64,000 bases of DNA from Octopus sinensis (taxonomy: Eukaryota). Numbering within the stretch: position 1 is the stretch's first letter; each line of letters starts with the position of its first letter. The DNA is taken from assembly GCF_006345805.1 (NCBI RefSeq), contig NC_042998.1, positions 110,050,001-110,114,000 of the forward strand. Direction: 5' to 3'. The notes under the pieces are model-generated. The model searched no databases and was not told the DNA's origin. It saw only the letters and a list, made by a program, of their open reading frames with translations. Shown here in pieces: positions 1 through 11,530 of the stretch. The translations under genes and the position numbers were made by a program.

Positions 1-1134
1 ATTTGTCATAACTTCAAACAAGAAAGAACTGAAAGCAATGTGAACCTTTGCCTGATCATTTCGCATATTTTCCTGTTATACAGAAAACAGATTGTTTTTA
101 TGATGTACATTTCATAAAAATTATTCCAAATGCATTTGGGTAGTCACATATAAAATACAACTTCAAGACATACACATGCACACGTAAGCTCAAACAAAAA
201 AACATGTATGCGTGCACACACACTCACACACAAACACAAACACACCCATACACATACACACATATACATATACAACGTATAATTTTTGCATAATCATAGT
301 ATTACATTATTTTACTATAGATAGACGAGAAGTTAGATCAATGGCCCAGGGTACTAGAGAAACGTTTCCAAGTACTTGTCAATCAGAATCAATTTGACAA
401 GTGCTATGATACGAAACTCTGCGTCTTTCACACACTTGTAGTTTCTCGTCTATGAAGAAATATTATAACCACAGAGTTTCATTGTTGAATTACCATTTTT
501 TCTAGAATTTACCCGTATGTATACACACACAATCGCGCACACACACACAAACACTTACACACGAACACTTACACATATATATTCATATATGCAAATATAC
601 AAACAAGGAAACGTACGCACATGCTCACATATTTATAAGTGTAAGTATATGAAGAAAAGGTAAAAAAAAAAAAAAGAAAATCTAATCGATTTTTCTTATT
701 TATATTATGTACACGTGTTTTAGAAAGTTGCCCACCGTAGACGACATGACTCCAAAAGCCCTGTCACAGCGGATTTCTGAATCAAATACGTTTCATAAAT
801 TATAAATATCGATTACATTTTCATGTTTCTTTGCCTCACGGTGCGTCGATTCCGTTTACTTTCGATGCGCAGACTCTTTCAAGTCATGAAGATTGTCGCC
901 AAACCACATCAAACATACGAGTGGTGTGCAGATCTTAATTTTGGCAATAAGCTGCACATTTAGGTGCACACTTTCAGATTTTGCACAAACACGCACACAC
1001 ACACACACACACACACATACACACGCACACACACACTCGTATACATATCTATGGAGGACTCTTCCGTCGAAGACGACATAGGAGTGTTCAGTTTTAGCAG
1101 AATGACCTGCAAAACCGATTTGCTTATAGTTATC

Positions 1135-1333
1135 AAATGTGCACTCCCTCCATCAAAGTGACGTTGCACGTACAGGTGCACAGTATACCTCGCCTCAGGT
1201 GTCGAACTGATCACAAAGCAACTTGAGATAAAGTAGTTTGCACAAGAACACTACGCACATCCCAGAATAGGAATTGAAACCACGAACTCGCGATACTGAG
1301 TGCAACATCCTAATCACTAGGCAATGTGTCCGC
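1135..1333 (-). mobile_element. tRNA-derived SINE (partial)
   Basis: Reverse strand begins GCGGACACATTGCCTAGTGATTAGG...GTGGTTTCAATTCC (Pol III A/B-box-like). The head resembles the SINE at 1887. Confidence 0.65.
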
Positions 1334-1572
1334 ACTATATATATTATAGGATAAATGTGTTTCCTTGTAGTTTAAGTAATAATGTTATTGTTTAAATCTT
1401 CCTCGAATTAAAATTGAATGAATGTGGTGACATCTGTTATTTCAGTGTTGTTGACACCGCCGGATTGAATGGTATTGTCCACTGTAATATCAGCTGATGG
1501 TGGAGGTATGTTGTATTATTGGTGGTATGGCTGTTACTGTATGTACCGATTAGTTTTATAACATCCATTTGA

Positions 1573-1628
<56 letters not shown>

Positions 1629-1843
1629 TCAATAAATGGTGGGGTTGTGTTGACCGCACGTGGAGAAATGATAAGGAAAAATTTTTAAAAAAATGCAGAA
1701 TGCTCAAATGAAAGAAAATTTTAATAAAATGAGAAATTGATTAAATAAATAAATATATATTTATTCAACCGGTTTTCGCCATTGTATGACTTGTCAAGAA
1801 TATTTATGTTTAAAAAGTTTTTTTTAAAAAAATTTTTCCTTAC

Positions 1844-1886
<43 letters not shown>

Positions 1887-1887
<1 letters not shown>

Positions 1888-2183
1888 GAGGCACAATAGC
1901 CTAGTGGTTAGGGCAGCGGACTCACGGTCGTAGGATCGCGGTTTCGATTCCCAGACCGGGCGTTGTGTGTGTTTATTGAGCGAAAATCCATAAAAGCTCC
2001 ACGAGGCTCCGGCAGGGGGTGGTGATCACTGCTGTACTCTTTCACCATTCTTTCTTCTGATGGCCTGCTCGCTTAGCCACCGGGGTGGCGTCATTCGAAG
2101 GGTAAAACAATGCGAACGCATTGTGACCAGCAATGTGTAGCAACATCTGATGGTCTGGTCAGTCACGTGATATATCACGTGAT

Positions 2184-2190
<7 letters not shown>
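1887..2190 (+). mobile_element. tRNA-derived SINE
   Basis: Head GGAGGCACAATAGCCTAGTGGTTAGGGCAGCGGACTCACGGTCGTAGGATCGCGGTTTCGATTCC has an A-box and a B-box but no paired acceptor stem. A non-tRNA body follows and ends in tandem TCACGTGA repeats and (TA)n. Confidence 0.8.
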
Positions 2191-2233
<43 letters not shown>

Positions 2234-2284
2234 ATATATATATATGTATATATACTCTAAAAGAGTATATATATATACTCTTTT

Positions 2285-2665
2285 AGACGTTTCAGTCATT
2301 TGACTGTGGCTATGCTGGAGCACCACCTTTAGTCGAAGAAATAGGCCTAGGAATTATTTTTTGTAAGCGTAGTACTTAATCTATTGGGTACCTTTTGCCG
2401 AACTGCTAAGTTTTGGGGACACAAACACACCAATATCGGTTTTCAAGTGATTGGGGGGGGGGGCAATCACAAGCACAAAGACACACACAAACATATGCAC
2501 ACACACACATACACATACACACATATATATGTATATATACACGGTGGGCTTCTTTCTGTTTCCGTCTACCAAATCCACTCACTTGATCGGCCTGCGGCTA
2601 TAGTAGAAGACACTTTGCCCAAGGTGTCACACAGTGGGACTGAACTCGGAGCCATGGGTTTAGGA
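2285..2665 (-). mobile_element. SINE family B (tRNA-like head, internal (TA)/(TG) tract)
   Basis: Homologous to 11190-11530, 34340-34510 and 42290-42905 (shared GGATTTGGTAGACGGAAAC, TTGACAACCGATG and AAGTACTAGGCTTAC motifs). Confidence 0.75.
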
Positions 2666-2691
2666 CGCCTGTATATGTTTATATATATATA

Positions 2692-2723
<32 letters not shown>

Positions 2724-2724
2724 G

Positions 2725-2885
2725 ATTGGAATTTACAAAAAAAAAACAACTAAATAAACAAAAGGCGGAGGCAGGTGTGTAAACAACAAAGAGGTGTATT
2801 AGTTTAATACTCGGGAGGTGAGAAAGTCTTTTACGTTTCGAACCTACGCTCTTCGTGAGAAAATAAACAGAGAGAGACTAAAAAT
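2725..2885 (-). mobile_element. Short repeat carrying a degenerate Penelope-type minimal hammerhead
   Basis: Homologous to 63450-63630. Minus strand 2826-2865 reads TATTTT-CTCACGA-A-GAG-CGTAGG-TTC-GAA-ACGT-A-AAAGAC. Confidence 0.55.
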
Positions 2886-4924
2886 CTTTAGTAGCTAGTG
2901 AAGGCAATTTTTCTGTATTTTAATGAAGGGAAATAACTCTAATTGAATCATTGTGATAGCATTGGTATTTCATCACTACAATGGCAGCCAGCTTTATTTC
3001 TTTCCGTACTATGTTGACAGCTGATTCAGGGGAGAGGCATTACGACTAGATGAAATATCCAAGCGGTTTCAATGCACAAGTCTTTGATATCCAAGTACTT
3101 AAAAGTTGTCAGCTGAAGGGTACCCAGGAATCATGACACGGATCTGGTCTGAACCCCTTAGAGTGTAAGTTGTTAAAGGCCAAAATATATGTTAGAGGGG
3201 AGATTTCTTCTCTGAAGACTTCTGCTGTTTACATTTTTATGGTTTACTTGTGATGAATACAAAGTGTTCATGGCTTTTAAGTACGTTGCGACGCTCATCT
3301 GATATGAGATAAATAAGATCGAAGCTTTAACGAAGATGGATAAAAATTGGTCCTGATTGAAATTGAATTCAATTTGCGGTTTTGGAGGACTTTTGTAGAT
3401 AATGCTTTGCGTGCTAATTGGAGATAAGATAGAATACGTGTGATGAGTAGCTGATATGTCAGCTTTTATTTCCTTTGTCGGATCGATAATGAAGAACATA
3501 ATAGTTTGTGAGGGCTAGCCTTTCCTCCTAGATTTCAGTGTAATATTTGTTGGAAACCTGTTAAGACTCATAGTGAATTTATGATAAGTGTAGCTGTAGT
3601 ACATTGGGGTGCCCGAAAATGACTATGTATGAAAATGATTGTGTTGTCATATCATATGGATGAATGAGACTGTGATCACTGTTTAAGCATAACGCGCAAA
3701 TAACGTCTATCTTACTAACGTCTATCTGCATATATTGTATGAACAATATATGCAGAGGTTATCCACACCTGAATACTAAACTTTATGCAGCCGATATCGT
3801 ATTTGAATATATGGATGTCAATAATTATAAGAGATTTTCTGTAGTGGCGAAATATCCCGATATTGGTAAATATGGTGAAAGTAGGTCTTGCTAAATCGTT
3901 AGATTTTACAAATTTCCTTTCATCTCTTAGGACATTACCTACGAAAATGTTATTAGGAATAAAACTTCAAATTAAAAAAAAAATTGAAAGAATTACTGAA
4001 ATGTGAAATCTTATACTGAACCTTTTTAAATACTTTTATGGAAAACGGAAATAATTTATAGAACAAAACAACGTAGAAGAAAGTTTAATGTTTCTAAAAA
4101 AACCTGGCTCTAATGATATTTTAAGTAAGATAAAATTTCTTTAATTTCTTTAATTTCTCGCTTGAGGGAGGTAAATCTTTTCTTCTTACTATCAAATATT
4201 TTATCATTCAGAGAAATTTGCCGTGAGTTAAAGAAAACTTATACATCAGTGGGAATTTAGATGAAAGCTTTTTCAGAAAATTTCATATCTAGAGGCGAAT
4301 GCAAAATGTAAAGACTATATCGAGTTATGATCTCTGTCTTCTGACAATGCATTTCTTGATATTTAGCTTTGAGTTATAAACATATTACGAAAGTCGATAT
4401 CCCTTAACCGCTTAAGGCATTAATAATACGGATAATATACACCTCATTGTGTAAATGTTGATAAAATAATAGAATCAAAATATATTTAACGACAAGAAGC
4501 AAACGTTTCCTTGTGTCATAACATTTATTTGTCTCAACAATGGCATTAGTAAGACGCATTATTCTACATGATTGTTCCACAATATTTTCGTGCCAATCGA
4601 ACCAAAAAAGTTTTGAAACTGTTTTCCTTACAGTGCAGTTTTGACATCGTATAATAATAACGTTGCTAAGTGGTTCATAATTGGCGGAAGTGACAGATAA
4701 TTATTTTTAAAAATGGTATGCAGAAATGCGCGCACGCGCGCTTTTATATACATTCATACAATTTTCCCTCTGAGCATCCAATCAATTAAAAAAAAACGTT
4801 TAATTAACCACACACACACACACATATACACTCACACACAGTCACCGACGCACACACACATATATATACATACATAAATTATTAAAGTAGGTAGTCGCAA
4901 TATAAAACCAAGAGGCACAAGTAC

Positions 4925-5315
4925 AACCGTCACAAAAGTGACTAAGGGTGCAAGTGAGCACCAGCATCGCTAGAAATAAGAATCAAAACAACTCTTAGCC
5001 ACAAGCAAGGCAGTATCTATTGGCTGACAAGGGGGACAACCTCCCTCTAGCAAGGGAGAGCGTCAGATCATCTATGATTTCAAATAGATTTTATTCTGAT
5101 CAGTGACGCCACTTCGTTGCCTAGCTAACTAGAATAAGTATATAAAAATCATCGGTGATCTGATGTTCTCGCTTGCCGTAGTGAGGTTGTCAATAGATAG
5201 TGCTTTGGCCGTGACAAAAAGTTGTTTTGATTTTTATTTCTAGCAATACTGGTGCTGACATGGTCGCAGTCTTTGACTCTTATTTTTAGCAATGCTGGTG
5301 CGAAATGGTCGCCGC
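4925..5315. repeat. Retrozyme-like repeat locus 1: partial copy plus inverted partial copy
   Basis: 4958-5080 is an imperfect inverted repeat of 5146-5256. It shares CACAAAAGTGAC, the CTAGAAATAAGAATCAAAACAACTC-like block and hammerhead spacing (about 135 nt) with the 53.2 kb array. Confidence 0.75.
5060..5109 (-). ncRNA. Type I hammerhead ribozyme, G8C core variant (probably inactive)
   Basis: Minus strand: GCGUCA-CUGAUCA-GAAUA(AAAUC)UAUUU-GAA-AUCA(UAGA)UGAU-C-UGACGC. All three stems pair; the core differs from CUGANGA at position 8. Confidence 0.75.
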
Positions 5316-5736
5316 CTGTTTGCACGTATCTTCACAGGGATCATTAACATTTATGGAAGTTTAACCAGGCATACGAAGAATGTATGAAAAGTTTTGAGCT
5401 TTCAAGGCCTTTGAGCTTTGACGTCTTGTACCTTCATCAGAAGTCTTGTACCATGTTTTGTGTTTTTGAGGCCCAAGACGCTTCTTACACTCCTCGTACT
5501 TGCCTCCACATTTGCTCTATCGATATTGTCTATGGTAAAGGCTACCACCGTTGGCTCAATCCTGTTTGACAGCTGGGTGAAGTACTGTAACAAATAAAGT
5601 CAGGCTTCCCATTAAGTTTTGTAACTCTTCTGTTAATCGATTGCTTGAGTTGCTATATTTTTATTTACTCCCAAAGTATATAAAGCAAAGATACCTTGTG
5701 ACACATGAATATATACTTACCCACATACATAGATAC

Positions 5737-5822
<86 letters not shown>

Positions 5823-6699
5823 CAGGCACACACACATGTATAAACAAAACCTTATGCATATTTTACGCAATAGAAGAGTCATAAAAGCGACTCCAGAAAT
5901 AAGTACACCAAACCTCGTAGCAAAACAAAATTTGCAACACGGGTATATTTGTCTGAAATGCAGCGCTGCGTACATCTCAGAAACACAAGTCAATATCTGC
6001 TGATATAGCATGAATATGCTTGTAATTGTCAAAAGCATAATAACACTAATAGTAATTCGTGCTGCGTCTATTCCTTTGGTTCTTGTTGCTGCTTTCGATA
6101 TCATTCGTCTTCCATTTTTGCTGTATTTTTTAATTTGAGCTGCTGAATATTTTGTTAATCACTTGTATTGTCTACTGGTGTAATTATTAATGTTTTGTAA
6201 AATATATCATTGTCATCACTGCAGAGATCCATATTTTACTTTTGTCTTTCCAACAGCTCTGTTTGCACTAGTGAGTTAGTAATCAACAATATATAGGCTG
6301 ATACAATTGTACAGTAATCAAATATAGATTACGAAAGAGAAACGATCACTTGGAAAAACATTGCTATTTGATATGATGGAAAGATATTCAATCTTTGCAT
6401 TTAGTTTTACTTTAGCTTCATCTATATACATTTTAATTATTCTTCCTCAATTATATATTATTGAAATCCTATAAAATATTTAATATCACTCAAAGATCTT
6501 AAAACACGCATTTTCGAAAAACTCTAAATATGTTACAAATTATAGATGTATATTTATGTAATTATTCAGTTTTATTTCTATATTTCTTTGCTAATGAAGA
6601 AAGAACCGATTTCAGACCTAGATCCAAGTCTGTTGCATTGCAATTTTAGAAAAGCATGAACAAGGTATTTGTGCATGTTTGAGTTTATGTGTGCAATAT

Positions 6700-6900
6700 T
6701 TGGAGTAAGGATTAGCACTCTGGGTAAAATGCTTAGCGGCATTTCGTCCGTTCTCAATTCAAATTCCACTGAGGTAGACTTTACCTATCATCCTTCCGGG
6801 GTCGATAAAAGAATTATCAGTTGAGCACTTGGGTTGATTTAATAGACTTACCTTCTCCCCGAAATTGCTGGCCTTATACCAAAATTTGAAAGCAATCTTT
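6700..6900 (+). mobile_element. SINE family C
   Basis: Contains AAAATGCTTAGCGGCATTTCGTCC...GGGGTCGATAAAA...CCGAAATTGCTGGCCTT, a motif repeated at many sites in the window (e.g. 24215, 37140, 37355, 43905). Confidence 0.75.
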
Positions 6901-6984
6901 GGAGTCTGTGTATGTGCAGATTTATGTTTTGATTTATGTATGTATTCTCATTCATACAGTTGCTTTGTAGTCATGCACATTCTT

Positions 6985-7660
6985 AAATGTTTAACTGCAA
7001 GTTTGACATATTTTGACAGTTTCGTTGATGAGTTGTATCTGTAATCTTCACACTAGTTTTCTTCTTTCTGGTTATAAAAAGCTCAATTTCTCAATATTAA
7101 ATCTGAGGCAGTTAGTTACATACTATAGTGCAACAATGATGAAGGGTATAAATCTGAACTCACAATCCTAGTGGATTTGCTGGTAATTGCTCAATATTTC
7201 AATACAGATGTCTTCTTTTTTATAATATTTAGATTTATGTTGAGATCTACTGGGCAACTGATTTCCGCTACTGTCTAAATTCTCTATTGTTTGTCCTTAT
7301 CCCCATGTCTGCTCTTTTATGTCTGCATTTTGTTAAGGTTTCTTGCAGAAAGATTTCCACCAGTACGCTTTCATATTATGATTGACAACGGCCTCTACTA
7401 CACTGTCAATTCTTATATCTTAGATGTCACAATTATCCTTCCGAAGGATTGGCTACATCAAATCTCTCATCAATTGATAATAATGCAATGCCACTTTTGA
7501 ACAACTGCTTATTATGTTGTAGATATCTTCTGCTCTCACTCCACAAATTCCGCATCAGTTATTACATTTTAGTGTTTTTTCCTGCGCCTTTGTCCATTTT
7601 GTGCATCAGCAATTTGGTTACTATTTCCTGTTCCTGGATTGCAAACGCTTACTCTTCAAA
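6985..7660 (-). mobile_element. Degenerate R4/Dong-like RLE LINE, 3' part
   Basis: Manual translation with frameshifts and stops gives FAIQEQEIVTK ... CGICGVRAEDIYNIISSCSK (CCHC knuckle) ... FRFIPFIIVAL ... LQIQLINETVKICQT. Confidence 0.65.
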
Positions 7661-7702
7661 ATGAACGTTAGCGATCCGATTGTTTGTCCGCAATAGAGAG
7701 TT

Positions 7703-7751
7703 TTCATCACGTGTCTTGGGGGAAATTTCGAACCTAGGTTCTCATTCCTAA

Positions 7752-7802
<51 letters not shown>

Positions 7803-7934
7803 ATTATTATTATTATTATTATTATCATTATTATCATTATTATCATTATTATTATTATTATTCAGGTCACTGTCTGGAATCAAACTCGGAGTCTTAGAGT
7901 TAGTAGCCCGCGCTCATAACCACTACGCCATATG
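7703..7934 (-). mobile_element. tRNA-headed SINE with (AAT)n linker and truncated Penelope-type hammerhead tail
   Basis: Head CATATGGCGTAGTGGTTATGAGCGCGGGCTACT...GAGTTTGATTCC (7862-7934), then (AAT)n, then about 50 nt nearly identical to 54196-54244 (GGAATGAGAA...AAGACAC-gTGATGAA). Confidence 0.65.
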
Positions 7935-8139
7935 AGTAAGAAACAATTATGAACTTTTTATTACACTTAACTTTTAAAGTATATATATTTTTGATAAGGT
8001 TCATTTTTTCAAGAAGAACCGAAACATGTAAAATCTCTCAAAAAATTAAAACTTATCTTATATAGTGGCGTTTTCAAACTTCCTTTTGATAGATATATAC
8101 TCACTCGTATGTCACCTATACTTTATATAAATATATATA

Positions 8140-9030
8140 TAAATAAATATATATATATATATATATATACACCCACACCAATTTTTTTTCCATCAATCTT
8201 TCAATTATAAAGTGTGTGCTTGCATACATATATATACACATATAAACATATAAACACACATATAAACCTCTACATTTGTACACACACGCACATGTATACA
8301 CACAATCACTCGCACGAACGTACACACATACGCACACACACATTTACATATATATACAATACACGCACACACACATACACACGTACAAACACACACAAAT
8401 TCACATACACACCGATACATATACATACACACAATATATACCTACACGCGCACGCACACATACGTACATACCTATAGGCACAGCCACACACACACACACA
8501 TACGCACACAAAAACATGCGCACACACACGCACACCAATGCACAAACCCAAAAACTCACAACCCCACTGATACACTCATATACATCCATATACGCTTACA
8601 CACACACACACACATACGAACGCACACATACACGCACACACAACTACACGCACATACATACACATACAAATGAACCCACACATACGGCCCATACACACGG
8701 CACATAATTATACATACACGCACACAATTATACATACATATATATACACACATACGCACGTACAAGCACACACGCACACATACACTAAGTTAAGCACAGT
8801 TATTCACCACACACCCCAACTCTACGCATACACACACGAACACACACATACACACACACACACTACAAACAAAACACACACACGATACATATACATACAC
8901 GCACACACACACACATACTTCAATGTTCTGATCTGTGGCTGGGACACAAAAAACACCACTCCTTATTCTTACAAACTAGCCAGCTACTAGCCTGTTGTTT
9001 GCAGTCACAACCATGCACACATACAAACAC

Positions 9031-9080
<50 letters not shown>

Positions 9081-9135
9081 GTGTCATCATTGCACACATA
9101 CACACACACGCGCACACGCAGACCTCCGCGCACGC
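8140..9135. repeat. About 1 kb degenerate (CA)n/(TACA)n microsatellite tract
   Basis: Direct inspection; this tract accounts for the many HT/CV-repeat ORFs here. Confidence 0.95.
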
Positions 9136-9589
9136 ACACATCCACCCCCCTACATTCCTTGTCTTTGAATACTACTATACTGTCTTTGAAAACTCTTCTG
9201 TCTTTGAAAACAACTTTCTTCACCCTTTCTACTTCCGGTCTTTCAAAATGTGACCTCAAACCCTCCTTCTTCCCTTCTTTCCTGGGCGTCCAATAATCCA
9301 ATAATACTATATTTGTTCCATGTCCTCGCGTTGCTGTGTTTTTTTTTTGTGTTTTCTTGTTTGGATTAACTATATATATATATATATATAAATACAGACA
9401 CATTTTAAGTCGTTTTTTATACATTGTTGTCAAGATTGAATTTTAATTTTCTTAAAGCTAAACGCAGTGTCTTTGTGTGTTCACACACGAACATTTCAGT
9501 AAATGTTTTGGAAGGATAGCAGATTTACTTATACGGAATAGATTAGATAAATTGGTTAGATAATGGCATGCTGTCTAATAGTCAATTTT

Positions 9590-10555
9590 GTTTTATTGAC
9601 AATAAGGTTGAGAAAAAGAGGGGACGATACGAGGACAGATAAAATAAACATTGGGGTCAGGGTATCGAATGAAACGAAACGTATGAATAAACAAACAATT
9701 CAAATACACACAATTGAATGAGAATGAGTGATTTAGAAAAAATGAAGCGGGGGACGCGGTCGACCACACAAACCACATACTCGCACTGAATACTTTGCTT
9801 TCTCCTTTTTATATTCTCGTTTAGACAGGTTCTTTCACTCGCAGCATACTTGCTATACACTTCCATCTATTAAGAAACACACTTTGCGACAAGCATTTCT
9901 TCTCCAGCCTTATTTTCCGTTTCATGTGGAAAACGAAAAAGTCGATTAGCTCGAGACTGGAGATGAACATGCCTGTTGCAATTCCTTTCACTCTCGTCTT
10001 CCATACTACCTATTTCGCAACAGCAACTACCGAGAGAGAACAGGCTCGCTTCTCCCTATTCAGGGAAGTCGGTCAAATGATCTCAATTACAGATTCGCTC
10101 GGCAGCTGTACTCTTCTCGAATGCGACAGCAGGTGTTCGACATAAGCCCAGAGCTCAGTCACCCTGGGGCATTGCACAATCGCGTGCAATGTCCTGCTCA
10201 CATCTTGCACAAAACGGCGAAGGCACACACCCATGTCTAAAGAGCTTATCTCCAACCGGTAAAGTTCCTCGTAACATTGCGAGGCCATGGACATTTGGTA
10301 ATTATCCATAGGCACCGGCTTGAATGCTCTTTGGAACAGGTTGGCCAGTTTATCTTTGACGAAGTCTAGGGTTTCTCCCAGGACGTCGTTACACTTGAAC
10401 TCTAGTAACCCTCTATAGAAGAACGAGGTAGTACCCCCGCCACCGGCGTTGCCCGACTGGGAGAGAAGCACGAGCGCCTGCATGTCACACTTGATCCATG
10501 GGTTCAGTTTGGTAAACGATGTGAACTGTGGAAATAACAGCTTCACGAACGGAGA
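9590..10555 (-). mobile_element. L1/Tx1-type LINE 3' end (zinc-binding RT tail and 3' UTR)
   Basis: ORF 10073-10630 contains TLHAIVQCPRVTELWAYV (zf-RVT-like). It continues past stops to VVWKTR...FHMKRKIRLEKK...FLNRW, a typical L1/Tx1 C-terminus. AATAAA lies near 9592-9597 on the minus strand. Confidence 0.7.
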
Positions 10556-10568
10556 TACAATATACAGG

Positions 10569-10629
<61 letters not shown>

Positions 10630-10648
10630 AATCGATATATATATATAT

Positions 10649-10936
10649 AAATTAGAAAAAAAACCCAGATTTTATTAATTCAATAATGAAAAATTAAAAT
10701 ATACCATTTAGAAAAATTACATCTTTTAGAAAGATTAAATATAAGTTAAAACATATAACAATGATTAAGTAATGTGCAAAATAAATATAGACGCTTTATT
10801 TATTATTTTGTACATTACTTAATCATTGTTATATGTTTAATCTTATATTTAATTTTTCTATAACATGTAACGTTTCTAAATGGTTTATTTTAATTTTTCA
10901 TTATTGAATTGTTAAAAGGTGTTTTTTTTCTAATTT
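10649..10936. repeat. AT-rich foldback (MITE-like) palindrome
   Basis: Arm 10649-10783 is an imperfect reverse complement of 10804-10936; flanked by (TA)n. Confidence 0.85.
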
Positions 10937-11126
10937 ATATATATATACATATATATACAAATTGAGATAGGGGTTGTAAATGCAACCCTCCATGGGATAA
11001 CATATATCCAATATACTGCTAGTGAAGTGCCCAACAAAGTTAATACATAAATGTTAATGATTGCGATGCAATCAATTCATTTACTGTATTATATGGGCAA
11101 AGGTAAAATGATTTACCACAAATTAC

Positions 11127-11172
<46 letters not shown>

Positions 11173-11189
11173 ATATATTTATACACAAC

Positions 11190-11530
11190 ACGTGTAGTAA
11201 GTACCTTGATTATGGTTCAGGGTTAAGTCCCACTGCGTGGCACCTTGTGCAAGTGGCTTCCACTGTAGCCTCGGGCCAACCAAAGATTTGTGAGTGGATT
11301 TGGTAGACGGAAACTGAAAGAAGCCCGTCGTATATATGTATATATATTTTTAAATGTATGTGTATATGTTTGTGTGTCTGTGTTTGTCCCCCCAACATAG
11401 CTTGACAACCGATGCTGGTGTGTTTACGTCCTCGTAACTCAGTGGTTCGGCAAAAGAGACCGATAGAATAAGTACTAGGCTTACGAAGAATAAGTCATGG
11501 GGTCGATTTGCTCGACTAAAGGCGGTGCTA
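11190..11530 (+). mobile_element. SINE family B
   Basis: GGTTCAGGGTTAAGTCCCACTGCGTGGCACCTTG head and body homologous to 2285-2665. Confidence 0.75.

Noticed and set aside
1887-1962. tRNA gene
   Set aside because: It has A/B boxes, but the acceptor stem does not pair and it continues into a repeated SINE body. The same applies to 1260-1333 and 7862-7934.
3173-3499. 108-aa minus-strand ORF
   Set aside because: No recognisable domain or convincing splice boundaries; compatible with chance.
5661-6104. Hydrophobic ORF resembling a GPCR transmembrane segment
   Set aside because: No TM7-like motif follows, there is an in-frame stop shortly upstream without a clear acceptor, and the ORF runs into (TA)n.
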